DNA of 64,000 nucleotides from IMG/VR virus record IMGVR_UViG_3300032315_001186, positions 9,072 through 73,071 of that record, one strand, 5' to 3'. The notes below the pieces were generated by a model, which saw only the letters and a program-made list of their open reading frames with translations, made no database searches and had not been told where the DNA came from. The translations under genes and the position numbers were made by a program. Position 1 is the stretch's first letter; each line of letters opens with the position of its first letter. Of this stretch, positions 50,801 through 61,413 are shown piece after piece. The stretch is from a virus.

Positions 50801-53142
50801 GGGATCCTCAAGGGTTCCAAACAGGTGCACCTTTTTCAGCCCCGAACTTGAGTGATTATTTGAGTTATTATAAAGGAGAACAACTTTACATAATTTTTAT
50901 GGTAAGAGGGGTTGATCCATACAGTGGGAAACATAAAGTAAAATATGATTTATCTAGGTTATTTGGGTATGATACAAGTTTTAACCCAAACACAATAACT
51001 GTTGAGGGAAATTATTATTTAAATGTCCCAATACAGGCGGGGGGTCGTTGTGTTAGACACGACCAATTGGTAACCAATTCAGATACACAACCAGACGGAA
51101 ATAATTCAAACGCGACTTTAAAACTTTACTTTGATTCATACCTATTCCAGCCTGGTATAAATTGGAATTCTTACAATTCAGATTTACATTTATATTATTC
51201 CTCATTGGATGGTACACAAATAGACAAGTTCCAAGCACCTGGTTATTTCAATAACCAATTCAGTTTAGGACCCACTCTGTCAATAACTGATGTTGATCAA
51301 ACTACAACATCGTTAAAATTGGAAGTAAAAGTACAGGGGACGAATGCATATAGTCAGGAGGAGTATATTGAAGGCGGTTCATACATTAGATATGGACCTT
51401 CAGGGGTCAATTCTTTTCCAGGTAATATAAAACCTACTGTATATTTTGGTCCATCCTATATCAATGGTTCGTATTCTACATCAACACCACCGCCAAACAG
51501 ACCTATTTTACAAATGACCGATCAATTTAAATTGGTAATGAGAACGGACAGATTACCTACAGGTACTGATTTGGATACATTGGGTACCAATACATTTTCA
51601 TTTCAGTGTAGCACAAGTTTAGGTTTTTACTTTATTTCAGAATCTGGTGCAACAAATGTTATTTTGGGTGACTTGGTACCAGACCCACCTTTAGACGATT
51701 TGAATGATGATATTGTAACGGGTAACACAACTCAAAAAATTTTGGAAAGTTTAACTTGTCAAGGATTGGTTGATTTGGATTGTTATGTGGGTTATGGTTC
51801 TAATTTAATCATTAAACCTTCTACAGACCCATGTAACACGAATACGAATAGGAATTTACCAGTAATCAAAGATGGGTGTTATGTACTTTTGAATGAACCT
51901 TTTGGTAGTTTGTTTGGGAGAAATAACGATTTCACAATATTAAGTGAATGGAAACTTAGGTTTCGTACAACACTTGCACTATGTCGTGGTGTTGTTTCAC
52001 AAAGTTTTAATAATTCTTGGGTTAATGGAGGTCTATTTGCATTTCCGTTCAGTAGTAATGTTTTTTTCGATTCTAATAACAAACCATTTGTTAGGAGAGT
52101 AGGACCTAATGTCCAAGGACAATCTGTTGAGTATAGTTTTTGTGGATTACAATTAGCATTTGAAGAACAATCAAATAACTTTTATTACAGATCTAGTCCT
52201 TACAGTTTAACTTCAGGATTTATTGGTGCGTCGTATAGTCCAAACTTTTACAGAAGACAGTCAAATTCGAAATACTTGAAATACCCGACCACTATGGTAG
52301 ATTTGGGTCCCCAATTTTTTTGGACAAAAGATGTGTACTATTCGAATGATTACTACGGGTATAATATGGACAATTTGGATCCAACCTCATATGGCCCAAC
52401 AGAAAATTTAACGTCTGTATTTGCCCTGTCACGTATTCTCAATACTAACGAATTTTTCTCGGCAGGTGTTGTAAGAGGTTTATTTTCTAGATCTAACTTA
52501 AGAGTTGATGGTGATTACGCTCAAATGTTACAAATAAATTCTCAATACGGTATAAATCCATTTAATGCTGAAAATTATCCCGACGATGGAACAACTTCAT
52601 CTTCAATATATTTTGGACTAACTCCGTCCAATTTTATAGGTTTAAGGCCCAAACCAGTATTTGGTATTTTTTATTCTGGTGAAACTACGGATAGAGATTT
52701 GATTTCACCCAAAAGGATCGACTACACCCTAACAGGATCGGTTGTAGATTTTGTTGCCGACAGTTTGCCTGTTATAAACCAGACAGTTCCATTTTACCCA
52801 TGGAAAAATAATGGTTTTTCGAATATAGCCAACAATGGTGTTTTCTCCATATTCGGAAGTGAATCAAATAGTTGGATTACAGATAAAACCACGTTTTCAC
52901 CCTTCACTTATCAAAGATTGGACAGATTTTATTTTCCTTTCTTTGTTGGTGGAAACCAACAGGTTCAAAATTCTTTGGGATATATCTATCAAACAGATCC
53001 TACAGGTTTGAATTTACCTAGTGTTGTGCCTGGAACAACAAATTTAGAAACATTAACTTCAGGGCCTTTCTACTTTTATTTTGGTATTAAAAATGGTGCT
53101 ACAGCGATAGATAAATTTAGACAAAAATATATTCCGAACTAA
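47866..53142 (+). CDS. large putative virion/baseplate protein with an internal hydrophobic segment
   Basis: GRV....G.PNVKISIF prealbumin-like start; structural context. Confidence 0.6.
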   Translation: MSNSYRIRTQVGVDKQINIQLDQDFDQLEILSLKIRQEEAYPRFCADYGVVAGRVIVNDGFGVPNVKISIFVPIDQVDLQNPIISTLYPYRDVTDVNDDGYRYNLLPYDKQHGGHTPTGTFPSKQDIITNPALIEIYDKYYKYTVKTNASGDFLIMGVPLGEQKLVMDCDLSDIGPFSLAPQDLVDIGLATPEEIDGNKFPSSNNLDLLPQIINQVKTIQVQPFWGDPETCQIRITREDFNLLDSGVKIIPSAIFMGSLFSNVDEQSLSKRCRPKNGIGKLCNLTSGPGEIVAVRQTIFNDENGYPILEQAELPNGGKVIDVDGTFVFNVPMNMDYVTTNEFGEQIISLDPSVGIPTSGKYRFKIKYDQPPTFQKREIRRGYYLVPNIKEYGWSVSQTDPAYNISTNSTEYKKFQSSYYFGLDWSGYTNGFTITNNEFIDRMTEMVNCQDTFYQLKYRKVYTTAALIDNFKSGDFVNRFVAIKDITDETCEGTINKFPSTDANYKFDFIFFVANILLTILGPILLVLIVQLHVLSLLLTFIREFFIVVLLPVLKLVYRLCNWANKIGFKVKCKKPPSPSEIRKRFPDLKKLKIPMLTYPDCQACDCSSDDILGGGGFDDTSCNADLNIAENWTQPYNAGPNGESIEFDKIQYMFAGWGWDEVEPRGHPYEQRIPKAEMGGNSYRNWYYYVNSLPPWETINMFSLKGNYFNHPNVGATSGGISRIGVTFNPDFNVGKQHYDNAIALIVDEQCFTSLSGQTLLTFQNPNLSKDINAVNVISGVTYTNIDIEVNYANFSNTNLQNSSVNYRIGGNAPLQTTDSKYFFPSDLEYFQVITGMSYNQFVSLNVTNSSSGGINFLCFNVTFDLLPDPNINVNAQNYQTLNEHTIEYTDCFGVQQIESLVPGQYSRCVRTQQGQQPQITNQWTDPANHTQPGSAIPISPQILFTTNCSNQPTPPPQNVYVLSDSLYKRLSKQFTLYWDPQGFQTGAPFSAPNLSDYLSYYKGEQLYIIFMVRGVDPYSGKHKVKYDLSRLFGYDTSFNPNTITVEGNYYLNVPIQAGGRCVRHDQLVTNSDTQPDGNNSNATLKLYFDSYLFQPGINWNSYNSDLHLYYSSLDGTQIDKFQAPGYFNNQFSLGPTLSITDVDQTTTSLKLEVKVQGTNAYSQEEYIEGGSYIRYGPSGVNSFPGNIKPTVYFGPSYINGSYSTSTPPPNRPILQMTDQFKLVMRTDRLPTGTDLDTLGTNTFSFQCSTSLGFYFISESGATNVILGDLVPDPPLDDLNDDIVTGNTTQKILESLTCQGLVDLDCYVGYGSNLIIKPSTDPCNTNTNRNLPVIKDGCYVLLNEPFGSLFGRNNDFTILSEWKLRFRTTLALCRGVVSQSFNNSWVNGGLFAFPFSSNVFFDSNNKPFVRRVGPNVQGQSVEYSFCGLQLAFEEQSNNFYYRSSPYSLTSGFIGASYSPNFYRRQSNSKYLKYPTTMVDLGPQFFWTKDVYYSNDYYGYNMDNLDPTSYGPTENLTSVFALSRILNTNEFFSAGVVRGLFSRSNLRVDGDYAQMLQINSQYGINPFNAENYPDDGTTSSSIYFGLTPSNFIGLRPKPVFGIFYSGETTDRDLISPKRIDYTLTGSVVDFVADSLPVINQTVPFYPWKNNGFSNIANNGVFSIFGSESNSWITDKTTFSPFTYQRLDRFYFPFFVGGNQQVQNSLGYIYQTDPTGLNLPSVVPGTTNLETLTSGPFYFYFGIKNGATAIDKFRQKYIPN

Positions 53143-53146
53143 AATT

Positions 53147-54892
53147 ATGGATGTACAAAATTATCTAGTTGTAAAACCTGACTTGCTAAATGCCGCAGCA
53201 CCTCAGACGGATATAAATATTAATACACAACTCAATGAAACTCAATCACAACTTATTGAGTATGAACAAACGTCTAACGTAAGTCTGATTACTGTATTTG
53301 ATAATGAAAGACAAGATTCTAATATTTTTAGACCGACATATAAAATAAATTATATTTACGAAAATAATATAGTAGGTTACTGTCCAAACCCATCTTGGGA
53401 AAATTATTTGAATAATTTACACTATGTTGACCCTATAACATCTTTAGTTTCACAACAATGGAGTGGACTTCCATCTTATCAAGAATTTGAGTTTATACGA
53501 ACAGATGTAACGAATACACAACTTAATATACCTGGACTTTTTGATGGATTTATAACAAAAAGTGCATCTTCTTATAATTGGGCGGTAAGATTATCATATC
53601 CTTTTGAAAACCTTACGGGAGTGACTATGTCATATAATTTTGGACCAAACAACTCATTCACATGGAAATCGGATGATGGGGTACCTTTTATAATATCTAC
53701 AGGATCTGATAATGGGTTACAAATACTTCAGTTTAATTGTCCTGTTAAACATGGTTTGTCTATTGGGGAATATGTTCAATTACTGTCTGGATTTACGTAC
53801 AACAATATTGATACATATCAAGTTTATAGTTTGGGTAATAACACTTACGGTTCGGACGAATATATTTTCAACCTTTATAATGTTGGATACACGGGTAATA
53901 CTTTTTTTTCAAGTAAAACTGGAACTTTCAAAAGAATAATTGACATTTATAATTCAGGAGAAACCAAGTCTAGGTATTATGTAAGAAATCATAAAATTAT
54001 ATCTAATGCTCAGGATACCATTACTACTCGAAGTGCTTTTGAAGAAAATTCTTATGCAAACAAATCTTCCTACCAACTGTCGGCATTAACACCAAATAAG
54101 ATCGCTAAGATATTTCAGTATCAAAGTTCATATACATATAACGTAACATTTGAGCGTGATTTAGATTTAACAAATTTATTAGACAACAACAAACGACCTG
54201 TTTCAGAAATATTTGCGTCGTTCCAATGGGTAGGATATTTTGGATGGCATAATCGATTACAGAGGGGTTGGCAATTTAATTTAACAAGCGGTGCGACAAA
54301 TACATGGTTCGATTTCACCAATTCGGACTCAATAGAAGATGTTAGAACATCCCAATATTCAAGAGTTTCTAGAGGATTATTCAACACAACTCCAAATTAT
54401 TTCAATTTTACAATCAATTTACCAAAACAAAGTGGTGATACAGTTCTTGGAGATTTTTGTGAGTTTAACGACACAGAACAATTGGAAAGGGTCATATCTC
54501 CGTATATGAATAAATTTACTTACAATCAATCGTTATTTACAACTGATGTCACCGCAAATCAAACAAATCCGAATGGGTTTTATTATCAAGTTCATTTTCC
54601 TGTAAGAATTAAAACTTTTTCTAATTATGTAGAAACTGCACCCCCCAATTTGGTGGATGTAGTTCCTAGTTACGCTTTTTTTTCAGAAAATCAAAATCTT
54701 TGGTTGTGGAGAGATCTCTACACTTATGGGTTTATCGATGATGAAGGAAGAGGAGTTGACTTTCCATTTCTAAATGAAGCACATTACCCATTTGGAAACA
54801 TAACATTCAGATTGTTCTCTGATGAATCATCTTTCAATCCAATTGATTATTATCAAATAACAATACAACCTTTAATAGATCCGTGTGAATAA
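53147..54892 (+). CDS. putative structural protein
   Basis: 581-aa ORF coupled within the baseplate operon. Confidence 0.65.
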   Translation: MDVQNYLVVKPDLLNAAAPQTDININTQLNETQSQLIEYEQTSNVSLITVFDNERQDSNIFRPTYKINYIYENNIVGYCPNPSWENYLNNLHYVDPITSLVSQQWSGLPSYQEFEFIRTDVTNTQLNIPGLFDGFITKSASSYNWAVRLSYPFENLTGVTMSYNFGPNNSFTWKSDDGVPFIISTGSDNGLQILQFNCPVKHGLSIGEYVQLLSGFTYNNIDTYQVYSLGNNTYGSDEYIFNLYNVGYTGNTFFSSKTGTFKRIIDIYNSGETKSRYYVRNHKIISNAQDTITTRSAFEENSYANKSSYQLSALTPNKIAKIFQYQSSYTYNVTFERDLDLTNLLDNNKRPVSEIFASFQWVGYFGWHNRLQRGWQFNLTSGATNTWFDFTNSDSIEDVRTSQYSRVSRGLFNTTPNYFNFTINLPKQSGDTVLGDFCEFNDTEQLERVISPYMNKFTYNQSLFTTDVTANQTNPNGFYYQVHFPVRIKTFSNYVETAPPNLVDVVPSYAFFSENQNLWLWRDLYTYGFIDDEGRGVDFPFLNEAHYPFGNITFRLFSDESSFNPIDYYQITIQPLIDPCE

Positions 54893-55706
54893 AATCGAAG
54901 TTATATTTAATAACCAATCAAAAGATTTGGTAATTCCACTAGAATCCTCATGGGATTTCTATGGTCAACAGGAGGGTGTTGAAAAATTTGAACAGAGTGT
55001 CTTGGAGCAAATTATTAACAAAGACCAAGATTTCGAAGTTTCAAGATTTGAACATAAATCCTACTACACAAATGTTAAAGAACAAACATCAATAAACTAT
55101 GAGTTTTGGTTGTACAATCCTAACGTTATTAACACAACTACGACGATACCTGCATTATCAGGTACTTGGGAAAACTCATATACATCCAAGTTTTCTAACT
55201 TGGACATTTATTATCAAAGGCCTAATTTCAATAAATCTTTTTGGAAATTAGATTTGTACGATACACCAAATAATATTAATCAGAAAGTCTATATTACTAT
55301 TATTTTACCCACACATCAAGGTTTAACACAACCCTCACAGTTAGGATTTTTCCAAAATGTGTTGATAAAAAAACCAAAATACGTTTTGGATTATTTAGGG
55401 GATAAAGAAGGGTTTTTTATTTATTGGTTAAAAAAAAGAAATTATTTGGATATTAATACTTTTTATATGTCTGCTAAATTTTTTAATGGAAATACTGGAC
55501 AATTCATAAGAATGTTGAATAAACCTCAATATCAATTGGTGAATACATCAAATCCATTCTCTTTTAGTCAAGAAGATTATTTCTATTATCGAGTGAACTT
55601 AGATTATACGATCCAAAAGTATGAAGTATTTAAGTATCCGAATATAGTTAGAGTAGGGACTGAACTTGAACCCATAAAGTGGTATGAATATGTAAACCCG
55701 ACATAG
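54885..55706 (+). CDS. putative structural protein
   Basis: 273-aa ORF (GTG start) overlapping the upstream stop. Confidence 0.65.
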   Translation: MNKIEVIFNNQSKDLVIPLESSWDFYGQQEGVEKFEQSVLEQIINKDQDFEVSRFEHKSYYTNVKEQTSINYEFWLYNPNVINTTTTIPALSGTWENSYTSKFSNLDIYYQRPNFNKSFWKLDLYDTPNNINQKVYITIILPTHQGLTQPSQLGFFQNVLIKKPKYVLDYLGDKEGFFIYWLKKRNYLDINTFYMSAKFFNGNTGQFIRMLNKPQYQLVNTSNPFSFSQEDYFYYRVNLDYTIQKYEVFKYPNIVRVGTELEPIKWYEYVNPT

Positions 55707-56789
55707 ATGGAATCCGAAATAATAAGAGTCAAAATATCACCTGAATTTTTATTAACCAATAAATCAGAAATTCAAGTTTCAGGTGAAACATATGGAGTTT
55801 ACTCAGGAGTTACTCAAATGCTCAAAAGTGGACCCAACGGGTCTTCTTTGTTTACAGGATTTACCATTCCAATCTTACTTACCCAAACAACCATTGATGT
55901 AGGTTATTTTTCTGTTTTTGATGGGGCATTATCTCAACTCAATGTTGTAACTAATTTTATATTTTCTTCTACAACAGGTAACCCATATACTTGGTACATT
56001 TACAATACATCCGACAATGAATTCAAATCATTTCTTGATTTATCATCCTACCGAGTGGATTGGGGTGATGGATCGCCTTTAGAAACAATCACAGCGTATA
56101 CACCAAATTCTATTGTTCACAACTATCCAAACTCACCTAGTGGTTATACAATAACACTACAACAAGTAAATCCTTGGGGAAACACAACAGTCTTCAAACA
56201 AATCAAAACCCCATACCAACTAGTTCCAATATTGGACCCAACTGGTGAGGCATATTTCACACCGATGGTCGGTAGTTGGACAGGAACTCCAATTTCTTAT
56301 AATTTTATTTTCAGTGGTGATGCTGTGAACAATGTATCAGCTCAAATAAGTTCAGCATACATTACAGTTCCTTTTACTGTAAGTGGTATTACAACATCAA
56401 GACTAAGAGAATTATACATTTATGGACCTCCACCAAATTACATTATCAATGTACCAGTCATACAAAACGGGGATATATTCGGAATTATTACAGATATCAA
56501 TCCCGTATTTACCGCATATACTATTCAAAATATAGACTTTTTTGATTATAGTGATGGTACTTCAATTTATTTTTTAAACTCTAGTGGATTAACAGAGAAT
56601 CATTTAGTTGCTGATCCGTTGGTTAAAGAAGAATTCTTATTAGGAGTCGTTTCAGAACCTGAAGTACAATCTGACATATTCATTGATCGTGGTAAAAATT
56701 CAACATTAGAAAGAATTCAGAGGCTTGGTGAAATTGATAGTTTTAGGGATTTAACTACTTATGGTTATGGATTTTTTGATGTTAGCTAA
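55707..56789 (+). CDS. putative structural protein with PKD-like domain
   Basis: YRVDWGDGS...VHNY...YTITL. Confidence 0.65.
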   Translation: MESEIIRVKISPEFLLTNKSEIQVSGETYGVYSGVTQMLKSGPNGSSLFTGFTIPILLTQTTIDVGYFSVFDGALSQLNVVTNFIFSSTTGNPYTWYIYNTSDNEFKSFLDLSSYRVDWGDGSPLETITAYTPNSIVHNYPNSPSGYTITLQQVNPWGNTTVFKQIKTPYQLVPILDPTGEAYFTPMVGSWTGTPISYNFIFSGDAVNNVSAQISSAYITVPFTVSGITTSRLRELYIYGPPPNYIINVPVIQNGDIFGIITDINPVFTAYTIQNIDFFDYSDGTSIYFLNSSGLTENHLVADPLVKEEFLLGVVSEPEVQSDIFIDRGKNSTLERIQRLGEIDSFRDLTTYGYGFFDVS

Positions 56790-56831
56790 AATGAAATTTC
56801 GATATTTATAAATAAAGTAAACTAAAAAAAA

Positions 56832-57740
56832 ATGGCAATAGGTACATACGGAACAATAAGACCTGCGGACTGTTCACCTGAAGATGTAGAAATTTTAATG
56901 AACTACACACCTTCTAGGGACGTAACAAATGATTTTGTACTTACAAAATTAGATGCAACACAAATTTTAAGACCCTACTTTAACAACGCACAAACTGGGG
57001 GTAATGATAATGAAATTTTGGGGGGTCTTTATAATCTGAGACTACCAGCGGAAACGTTTACTCAACTTGGAATTTATACATTATACATTCGTCCAGCTCA
57101 GATAAGAACATCAATCACTGACTGTAATGTGCTTTCTGCTCTACCAAATGTTAAAGGTATAATAATTGATTTATCTAATGTACCAAGTCAATATGTAAAT
57201 AAATTCCAAGCTCAAGGGTTAGTTGGTTTCAGGGTGGAATATCTCGATAGTAATGGAAGTAAAATTCCAAATTTTTTCAGAATAATAACATCTAACTTTT
57301 TTTGTGAAGCAATTGTTCAAAATCTTACAAACACATCACAAAAATCAATTAGATACCGATATAGTGAAGGTCAAACTAATTTAGTTTTTTGTACAGTATC
57401 ACCTAGTAGTTCACCAAGCAATAATCCAGCGGCAACACCTTATATTGGTCAACCTGGACAAAATATTATCATTTCGAATACGTTTTTCAATCCTGTAACG
57501 GTAGAGGTTCAGGTAACCCAATATGATTTGGAAACACTGAATATTGCATTTTACGGTAATCAGACCAAGTCTATGGAGGATGGTATCTATACAATATACG
57601 ATCCACAAAATAACATATATCAACAATTCAATCTTTATGAAATCAAAGATGAGTTCGATAACCTATTGTTTGAGGTTAAACAAAATAGAGGTGAAAATAT
57701 CGATTTCAGTAAATCTTTTCAATTAATAACACAACAATAA
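56832..57740 (+). CDS. putative structural protein
   Basis: 302-aa ORF after a TATTTAT motif. Confidence 0.7.
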   Translation: MAIGTYGTIRPADCSPEDVEILMNYTPSRDVTNDFVLTKLDATQILRPYFNNAQTGGNDNEILGGLYNLRLPAETFTQLGIYTLYIRPAQIRTSITDCNVLSALPNVKGIIIDLSNVPSQYVNKFQAQGLVGFRVEYLDSNGSKIPNFFRIITSNFFCEAIVQNLTNTSQKSIRYRYSEGQTNLVFCTVSPSSSPSNNPAATPYIGQPGQNIIISNTFFNPVTVEVQVTQYDLETLNIAFYGNQTKSMEDGIYTIYDPQNNIYQQFNLYEIKDEFDNLLFEVKQNRGENIDFSKSFQLITQQ

Positions 57741-57744
57741 GTGA

Positions 57745-60700
57745 ATGGAAAGAAGGTTTTTTCGAACTAACGGAGCATCAGGAGCCGATACACCATTTGA
57801 CAATATTGTTGGCTTACAAACGGTAACTGGTGGAGGGTTAACTCAAGGTAATTTTGAGTTCGATATTTCTTTGTCCGAAAAAAACAATAGAACCTTCAAC
57901 ATCGGAGTTTTTGGAGATCCAATATCATTGGATGTTTTAGGATTGACCTCGGTAAACGAGTCACGAGAATTACAATCAAAAGAATACAGAGTTTTTCCGA
58001 ATATTGACTTATCGTTAGTAACCAATTTCACTCTTTATGGTTCGCTGAGAAAACGTCTAGAAGTCTCAGTTCAACGAATACTTGGTTTTTTCCCTGCAGG
58101 GCTACAAATAGATTTTTTAGATTTAGATTATTCTACAGGAAATACCGCTTACAATATTTCTTACAATCAGATATCAGATTTGACAACATTAACAATAAAT
58201 GTTAGTAAAATCCAGAATCCTTTTTCAATCGATTATAGTTCTAAATCAAGAATTAATTTACAAAATAGAGAGTCGGAATTTTCACCAATACGAGATTTAA
58301 CTAATCGTTTCAGGGATTACGTCTTGGTGGTTGATGGGGTTAATTATACTATTATAGATTTTAGACCATCAGATAGTTTAACTTCAGGAACTATCACATT
58401 AAAAATTACAGGTAGACCTTTTGACACGAGTGTCACAAATTCAAATCTTTTAATAAGACCGAGTGATTTTTATGTTGAAAAAATATTTTCTGAAGATTTT
58501 GACGAAGTAGTTCAATTTTTATTGAACAGATTAGTTACACCAAAATATACTGCAACTTTTGCAGTACCTGTCGAGGGGGACAATGGAATAGTTGCAATAC
58601 AAGCTAAATCGATTACCTTTCCTCTAGATGGTATTTGGAATCTAGACATTAGGACTAACAATTTCGAAAACTATTTGAGTAAACTTAACGAAATCGGCCA
58701 ACAATTTGATGAGTTTAAAACCAACTTAGTTACAAGGTTTTTGACAACAAACTCTTTTTTAGAATTTGACACCCAAGACCAAAAAGTGTTCAAAGTACTT
58801 CAAATTTATGGTAGGAGTTTTGACCAAATAAAATTATACATTACCGCACTTGCGAATATGACAAGTGTACAATACCAACTAGGTGACACCATACCAGATG
58901 AGTTGTTAAAATATTTAGCACAAACGTTGGGTTGGAACATAAATGTTTCACCAATTGTTCAACAAGGTTATTTACAATCAACTTTATCAACATCAGGAGT
59001 AACTCAATATGAAGGTTACTCTCGAGAATTAACAGAAAATGAAATTAATTACAACTTTTATCAAAACTTAATTTTAAATTCAGCCTATTTGTATAAATCA
59101 AAAGGAACGAGAAAAGCAATCGAGTTTTTACTTAGATTTTTGGGTATACCCGAAGCTGTTACCGAGTTTAACGAATTTGTATATGTTGCAGATCAAAGAA
59201 TTGATATGCAAAAATTTTATGACCAATTGTTTCAACTTACAGGTGGAACATATGTTAATGAGGTTACCGAATACGATTCTGAAATAACTTTTTCGATTTA
59301 CGGAATAACCTATACAGGTTTCAGTTCTTCAACAATCGTACAATCAGTGAGTGTTAATTTCGACGACTACCCTGTTGATGAATTGGGATATCCATATGCT
59401 CCTATCGAAACTGACAACTATTTTTTCGAAAAAGGTGCGGGGTGGTTCGAATCAACTCCACAACATAGAAGTCCTGAAGTTGTTGTTCCAACATTTTCTG
59501 TCTTTACAGGTTCAAGTCCATTCGTACAAACAGAATTACAACCATTTACTTACGGTCAAGAATATTTTGAGAGGTGGAGATCATTCCCTTATATGAATTT
59601 GGGTTTCAATCTAAAATTAGTTAGAGACAACAAAAAATCGTGGCAACCACCTATTTTAAGAAAAAGTTCTAATGGTGGACTTAACGCTTACTATATTGTA
59701 GGAGATGATCGATTAGCAATTAATGCTAAGAATACCGAAATATATTTAAATCCAGGTCAGGGTTTATTATATGACGTGTGGTATATGTCTAGAAATTTTA
59801 ACTATCCTATACCAAATTCAGGTATGACACCTGCTTACCCTAGTTTAGGGAGTTATAATTGGAGTTTCATTAACCCAGAAGCGGATAAGAAAACTTTTTT
59901 CGAATTTCAAATAGATTTTATTAGATCGACAATAAATGCTAGAGACAGATGGTTTAGTACTGACGGGAAAACGAGTGGTTATTCATCACTTTTAGATATT
60001 TTTTATAATTTCTTACAGTCCGTTCAAAATGCTGATGTACCTAACTATAATTTTACTTATAAAAAATTAATAGAATATGTTGATGGTTTGGGTACAAATT
60101 GGATACGATTGATAGAACAATTTGTTCCAGCAACAACTATATGGCAAACTGGTATAAGATATGAGAACTCTCCAATGCAGAGGCAAAAGTATGTTTGGAA
60201 AAAACAAGAACCATGTTACTTGGTTTCATTACAAGTTGCTAGAGTTCCTGTTACTCCAAGTCCAACAGTCTCAGTCACGGCAACTCTGAATCAAACACCG
60301 ACAGCTACTCCTACTAATACAATAACACCATCTATTACACCAACTATAACCCCTACAAATACGTTGACACCAACTGTAACTCCTACTGTTACACCGACTA
60401 AATCAGTTACACCGACACCTAGTATAACAATTGGGTTGACTCCGAGTGTGACCCCAACGAACACTAATACTAAAACCCCAACAGTTTCCACAACCGTAAC
60501 AAAGACACCTTCGAACACTGCAACAAATACGGTAACACCAACTAATACTGTAACACCGACGAACACACGTACGGTTACACCAACGACCACACCAACGAGA
60601 ACACAGACACCCACACCATCAGTAACATGTTCTGGTAGTACAGTTACTTGTTATGAGTTCTTACTTGATAACACGGGTATTGGTGCAACAACATATGGGT

Positions 60701-60894
60701 ATACCGATTGTACTAACACAAGTCAAACAATTACTGTTGAAGCCAATAATTATGACGTAGTTTGTGCAATTACAACTCCTTCTAGAATTTCAGGAGCAGT
60801 AGGTCCTGTACCAGAACAATTAGATCCTTGTGGTTCGGTATGTATTCCTCTTACACCAACACCTACACCTACTAGAACCCCAACACCAAGTTAG
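57745..60894 (+). CDS. baseplate wedge protein (P2 gpI/T4 gp7-like) with Pro/Thr and Cys-rich C-terminal tail
   Basis: LKYLAQTLGW and YLYKSKGTRKAIEFLLRFLG motifs. Confidence 0.7.
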   Translation: MERRFFRTNGASGADTPFDNIVGLQTVTGGGLTQGNFEFDISLSEKNNRTFNIGVFGDPISLDVLGLTSVNESRELQSKEYRVFPNIDLSLVTNFTLYGSLRKRLEVSVQRILGFFPAGLQIDFLDLDYSTGNTAYNISYNQISDLTTLTINVSKIQNPFSIDYSSKSRINLQNRESEFSPIRDLTNRFRDYVLVVDGVNYTIIDFRPSDSLTSGTITLKITGRPFDTSVTNSNLLIRPSDFYVEKIFSEDFDEVVQFLLNRLVTPKYTATFAVPVEGDNGIVAIQAKSITFPLDGIWNLDIRTNNFENYLSKLNEIGQQFDEFKTNLVTRFLTTNSFLEFDTQDQKVFKVLQIYGRSFDQIKLYITALANMTSVQYQLGDTIPDELLKYLAQTLGWNINVSPIVQQGYLQSTLSTSGVTQYEGYSRELTENEINYNFYQNLILNSAYLYKSKGTRKAIEFLLRFLGIPEAVTEFNEFVYVADQRIDMQKFYDQLFQLTGGTYVNEVTEYDSEITFSIYGITYTGFSSSTIVQSVSVNFDDYPVDELGYPYAPIETDNYFFEKGAGWFESTPQHRSPEVVVPTFSVFTGSSPFVQTELQPFTYGQEYFERWRSFPYMNLGFNLKLVRDNKKSWQPPILRKSSNGGLNAYYIVGDDRLAINAKNTEIYLNPGQGLLYDVWYMSRNFNYPIPNSGMTPAYPSLGSYNWSFINPEADKKTFFEFQIDFIRSTINARDRWFSTDGKTSGYSSLLDIFYNFLQSVQNADVPNYNFTYKKLIEYVDGLGTNWIRLIEQFVPATTIWQTGIRYENSPMQRQKYVWKKQEPCYLVSLQVARVPVTPSPTVSVTATLNQTPTATPTNTITPSITPTITPTNTLTPTVTPTVTPTKSVTPTPSITIGLTPSVTPTNTNTKTPTVSTTVTKTPSNTATNTVTPTNTVTPTNTRTVTPTTTPTRTQTPTPSVTCSGSTVTCYEFLLDNTGIGATTYGYTDCTNTSQTITVEANNYDVVCAITTPSRISGAVGPVPEQLDPCGSVCIPLTPTPTPTRTPTPS
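60250..60627 (+). repeat. Pro/Thr (TPT.T.) coding repeat
   Basis: Degenerate ~6-aa TPTxTx periodicity; similar tracts at 2545-2760, 2975-3165, 9055-9160, 10940-11090, 63505-63603. Confidence 0.85.
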
Positions 60895-60909
60895 TTAAAA
60901 TATAAGTTT

Positions 60910-61410
60910 ATGAGAATTGTCAATCCTAATAACCGAGTTTTTATACTTAACTACAATAGTGTAGCAAACGGACAATTATTTTCTTATGATTGTAACTACC
61001 AATATGTGACTACCAATATATTTCCTTGGGCATCAGAGTCTTCAGGTGTTTCTTCATTTTCGGATGTTTTGTATAACGTTTTGAATACCTATTTGAATAG
61101 TCAAAACATACTACTGAGTGATTGTTTATCGAATAGTTTGAATTCGTTTTGGTCTGTAGAAATAAAAATTAATGGTGTGGTCTTAGTTACACTACCCTTT
61201 TTCAGTGGAGTTGGAACTACACAAGTACCTAATAATAGTCAATGGAGAAGTGCAGTCAATTTGGCACTTTCACAATTACTTGGATTTAGTTATTATTACT
61301 TTTTTGTTGGCGAAGTTGTAACAATTTATAACCTATTGTGTCCACCAACTCAAAATTTAGTAGCAGTTGACATAAATGTAGGAATAAATTTCATAATTGA
61401 ATGTAATTAA
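60910..61410 (+). CDS. putative structural protein
   Basis: 166-aa ORF; its FFSG.G...P....W..AV block resembles the C-terminal domain of the next gene. Confidence 0.65.
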   Translation: MRIVNPNNRVFILNYNSVANGQLFSYDCNYQYVTTNIFPWASESSGVSSFSDVLYNVLNTYLNSQNILLSDCLSNSLNSFWSVEIKINGVVLVTLPFFSGVGTTQVPNNSQWRSAVNLALSQLLGFSYYYFFVGEVVTIYNLLCPPTQNLVAVDINVGINFIIECN

Positions 61411-61413
61411 AAT

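Noticed and set aside
55704-55709. TAG reassignment (alternative genetic code)
   Set aside because: Very long ORFs are intact under the standard code, and TAG ends recognisably complete proteins such as NrdA.
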